A DNA stretch of 64,000 bases, taken from the human T2T-CHM13v2.0 reference genome, Homo sapiens. Positions within the stretch are counted from its first letter, which is position 1, and each line of letters begins with the position of its first letter. A model generated the notes under the pieces. It saw only the letters and a program-made list of their open reading frames with translations. It made no database searches and was not told the origin of the DNA. Below, piece by piece: positions 61,681-64,000 of the stretch. Location of the stretch: NCBI RefSeq assembly GCF_009914755.1, contig NC_060943.1; one strand, given 5' to 3'. The position numbers and the translations under genes are program-made.

Positions 61681-64000
61681 GGGGGCTAGGCACAGTGGCT
61701 CACGCCTGTAGTCTCCACACTTTAGGAGACTGAAGCAAGAGAATTGCTTGAGTCTAGGAGTTCGAGACCAGCCTGGGCAACATAGTGAGACCCCTATCTC
61801 TGCCAAAAAAAAAAAAAAGGAAATAACGGGGCATAATCGTGTGCACCTGTACTCCCAGCTGCTCTGGAGGTGGAGGTAGGAGGATGACTTGAGCTCAGGA
61901 GGTCCAGGCTGCAGTGAACTGAGATCATGCCACTACACTGCAGCCTGGTCAACAGAGCGAGATCTTGTCTCAAAAGAAAAAATGGGGCGAGAGACTGGGT
62001 TTAGATCAGTGGATGAGTTCATTGGATATGATTAGTTGTGACATGTTGACTTCCCTGTATATAATCTAATAACTAAAAACTTGTTTAAATTATACAGATT
62101 GAGAATTTTAAAATTGGTGTCTATAAAACATGTACATTCTATAAATCTTGGCATCAGAGGTTATGTTCCACTTGGAATCCCTATTCAACCAGAGGGAAGT
62201 GACTTATTCAGTTGTGAATCACTGTCTTCCCTTTTCCTAGGATTGGGAGGATGTGGGGTAGAGAAGTGGGGAAAAAGTCGCTGTCTGTTATTACATAATA
62301 CTTTTAATTTAATTAATTAAATGATATTTTGAGTCAGGGTCTGGCTGTATCACACAGGCTGGAGTGCAGTGGCGTGATCCTCTAACTGTAGCCTCTACCT
62401 CTTGGACTCAAGTGATCCTCCTACCTCAGCCTTCTGAGTAGCTGGGACCAGAGGCATGAGCCACCAAGCCCAGCTAGTTTACATATATATATATATATAT
62501 ATTTTTTTTTTTTGTAGAAACGTGGTTTCACTATGTTTCCCAGGCTGTTCTCAAAACCCTGGGGTCAAAGGGTCCTCCTGCCTTGGCCTCCCAAATTACT
62601 GGGATTACAGGTGGGATTACAGGGATGGCCCACCGCGTCTGGCCTACATAGCCCCCCCCTTTTTTTTGAGAGGGAGTTTTGTTCTTTTTGCCCAGGCTAG
62701 CGTGCGATGGCATGATCTCAGCTCACCACAACCTCCGCTCCCTGGCTTCAAACAATTCTACTGCCTCACTCTCCAGAGTAGTTGGGAGTACAGGCATGCA
62801 CCACCATGCCTGGCTAATTTTGTGTTTTTAGTAGAGACGAGGTTTCTTCATGTTGGTCCAGGCTGGTCTTTAACTCCCTACCTCAAGTGACCCGCTGCCT
62901 CGGCCTCCCAAAGTGCTGGGATTCCTGGCGTGAGCCACCACTCTCAACCCATAGTAGTTTTTAAAAGGGACATCAAGGCATGGTGGCTCACGCCTGTAAT
63001 CCCAGCACGTTGGGAGACAGAGGTGGGTGGATCATGAGGTCAGGAGTTCAAGACCAGCCTGGCTGACACAGTGAAACTCAATCTCTACTAAAAAATACAA
63101 AAATTAGCCAGGCATGGTGGCAGATGCCTGTAATCCCAGCTACTCAGGAGGCTGAGGCAGGAGAATTACTTGAACCCGGGAAGCAGAGGTTGCAGTGAGC
63201 CGAGATTGCATCACTGCATGCCAGGCTGGGCAACGGAGCTAGACTCCATCTGACAAAAAAAAAGAGAGAAAGAAAAAGTAAGGAACATCAAAGTTGGGCC
63301 TGGTGGCTCATTCCTGTAATCCCAGCACTTTGGGAGCAAATCACTGAAGGCCAGGAGCTCGAGACCAACCTGGCCTACATGGTGAAACCCCGTCTCTACC
63401 AAAAATACAAAAATTAGCTGGCCATGTAGACATACGCCTCTAATTTCACCTACTCCGGAGGCTGAGGCAGGAGAATTACTTGGACCCGGCTGGGAGGCAG
63501 AGGTTGCAGTGAGCCATGATCACACTACTGCACTCCAGCCTGGGTGACAGAGTGAGACTCCGTCTCCCCGCCCCCCAAAAAAAGAAAAATTAGCCAAGGG
63601 TGGTGGCATGCGTCTGTAGTCCCATCTACTCAGGAGGCTGAAGCAGGAGAATCTCTTTAGGCAGGAGAATCATGCCACTACACTGCAAGCTGAGTGACAG
63701 AGTGTGACTTGGTCTCAAAAAAACAAAAAAAGAAATAGCAATCAGCTCTTTAATGTCTCCCTTTATATAAGCAGTAGTCCTGGCCATGTTCGGTGGCTCA
63801 CACTTGTAATTCCAGCACTTTGGAAGGCTGATGTGGGCGAATCACCTGAGGTCAGGGGTTCGAGACCAGCCTGACCAATATAGAGAAACCCGGTCTCTAT
63901 AAAACTACAAAATTAGTGTGTAGGTGTGGTGGCGCGTGGCTGTAATCTCAGCTACTCGGGAGGCTGAGGCAGGAGAATTGCTTGAACCTGGGAGGCAAAG

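Overview
Primate (most likely human) DNA from a KRAB zinc-finger gene cluster, consistent with 19q13.41. It holds one complete + strand KRAB-ZNF coding unit: ATG exon 34413-34494, KRAB-A exon 37241-37367 and finger exon 43158-44740. These splice to 1773 nt / 590 aa, recognised as ZNF578. The CpG promoter/exon 1 of the next paralogue lies near 60.3 kb (probably ZNF808). The rest is a mosaic of partial copies of the same gene unit: a second CpG promoter at 25 kb, two dead start-codon exons, a truncated finger exon fused to an Alu, and a minus-strand ZNF pseudogene. Repeats are very dense: Alus, a deleted ERVL/MLT2B provirus, a half HERV-K(HML-6) provirus, LTR5A/B, LTR7/LTR7B, MER4 and MER34-like LTRs. 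I found no wholly new biological system. The most interesting signals are structural: (1) a templated fold-back insertion that truncates the ZNF578 finger array; (2) a 102-nt chimeric ZNF-acceptor/Alu-donor exon suggesting promoter capture from a dead paralogue; (3) an 89-bp inverted LTR7 duplication that could mask an intronic AATAAA; (4) an LTR5 nested antisense in another LTR5; (5) a replaced 3' UTR that may end at an LTR7B poly(A) signal. Gene and repeat names come from recall of consensus sequences, not from database searches.
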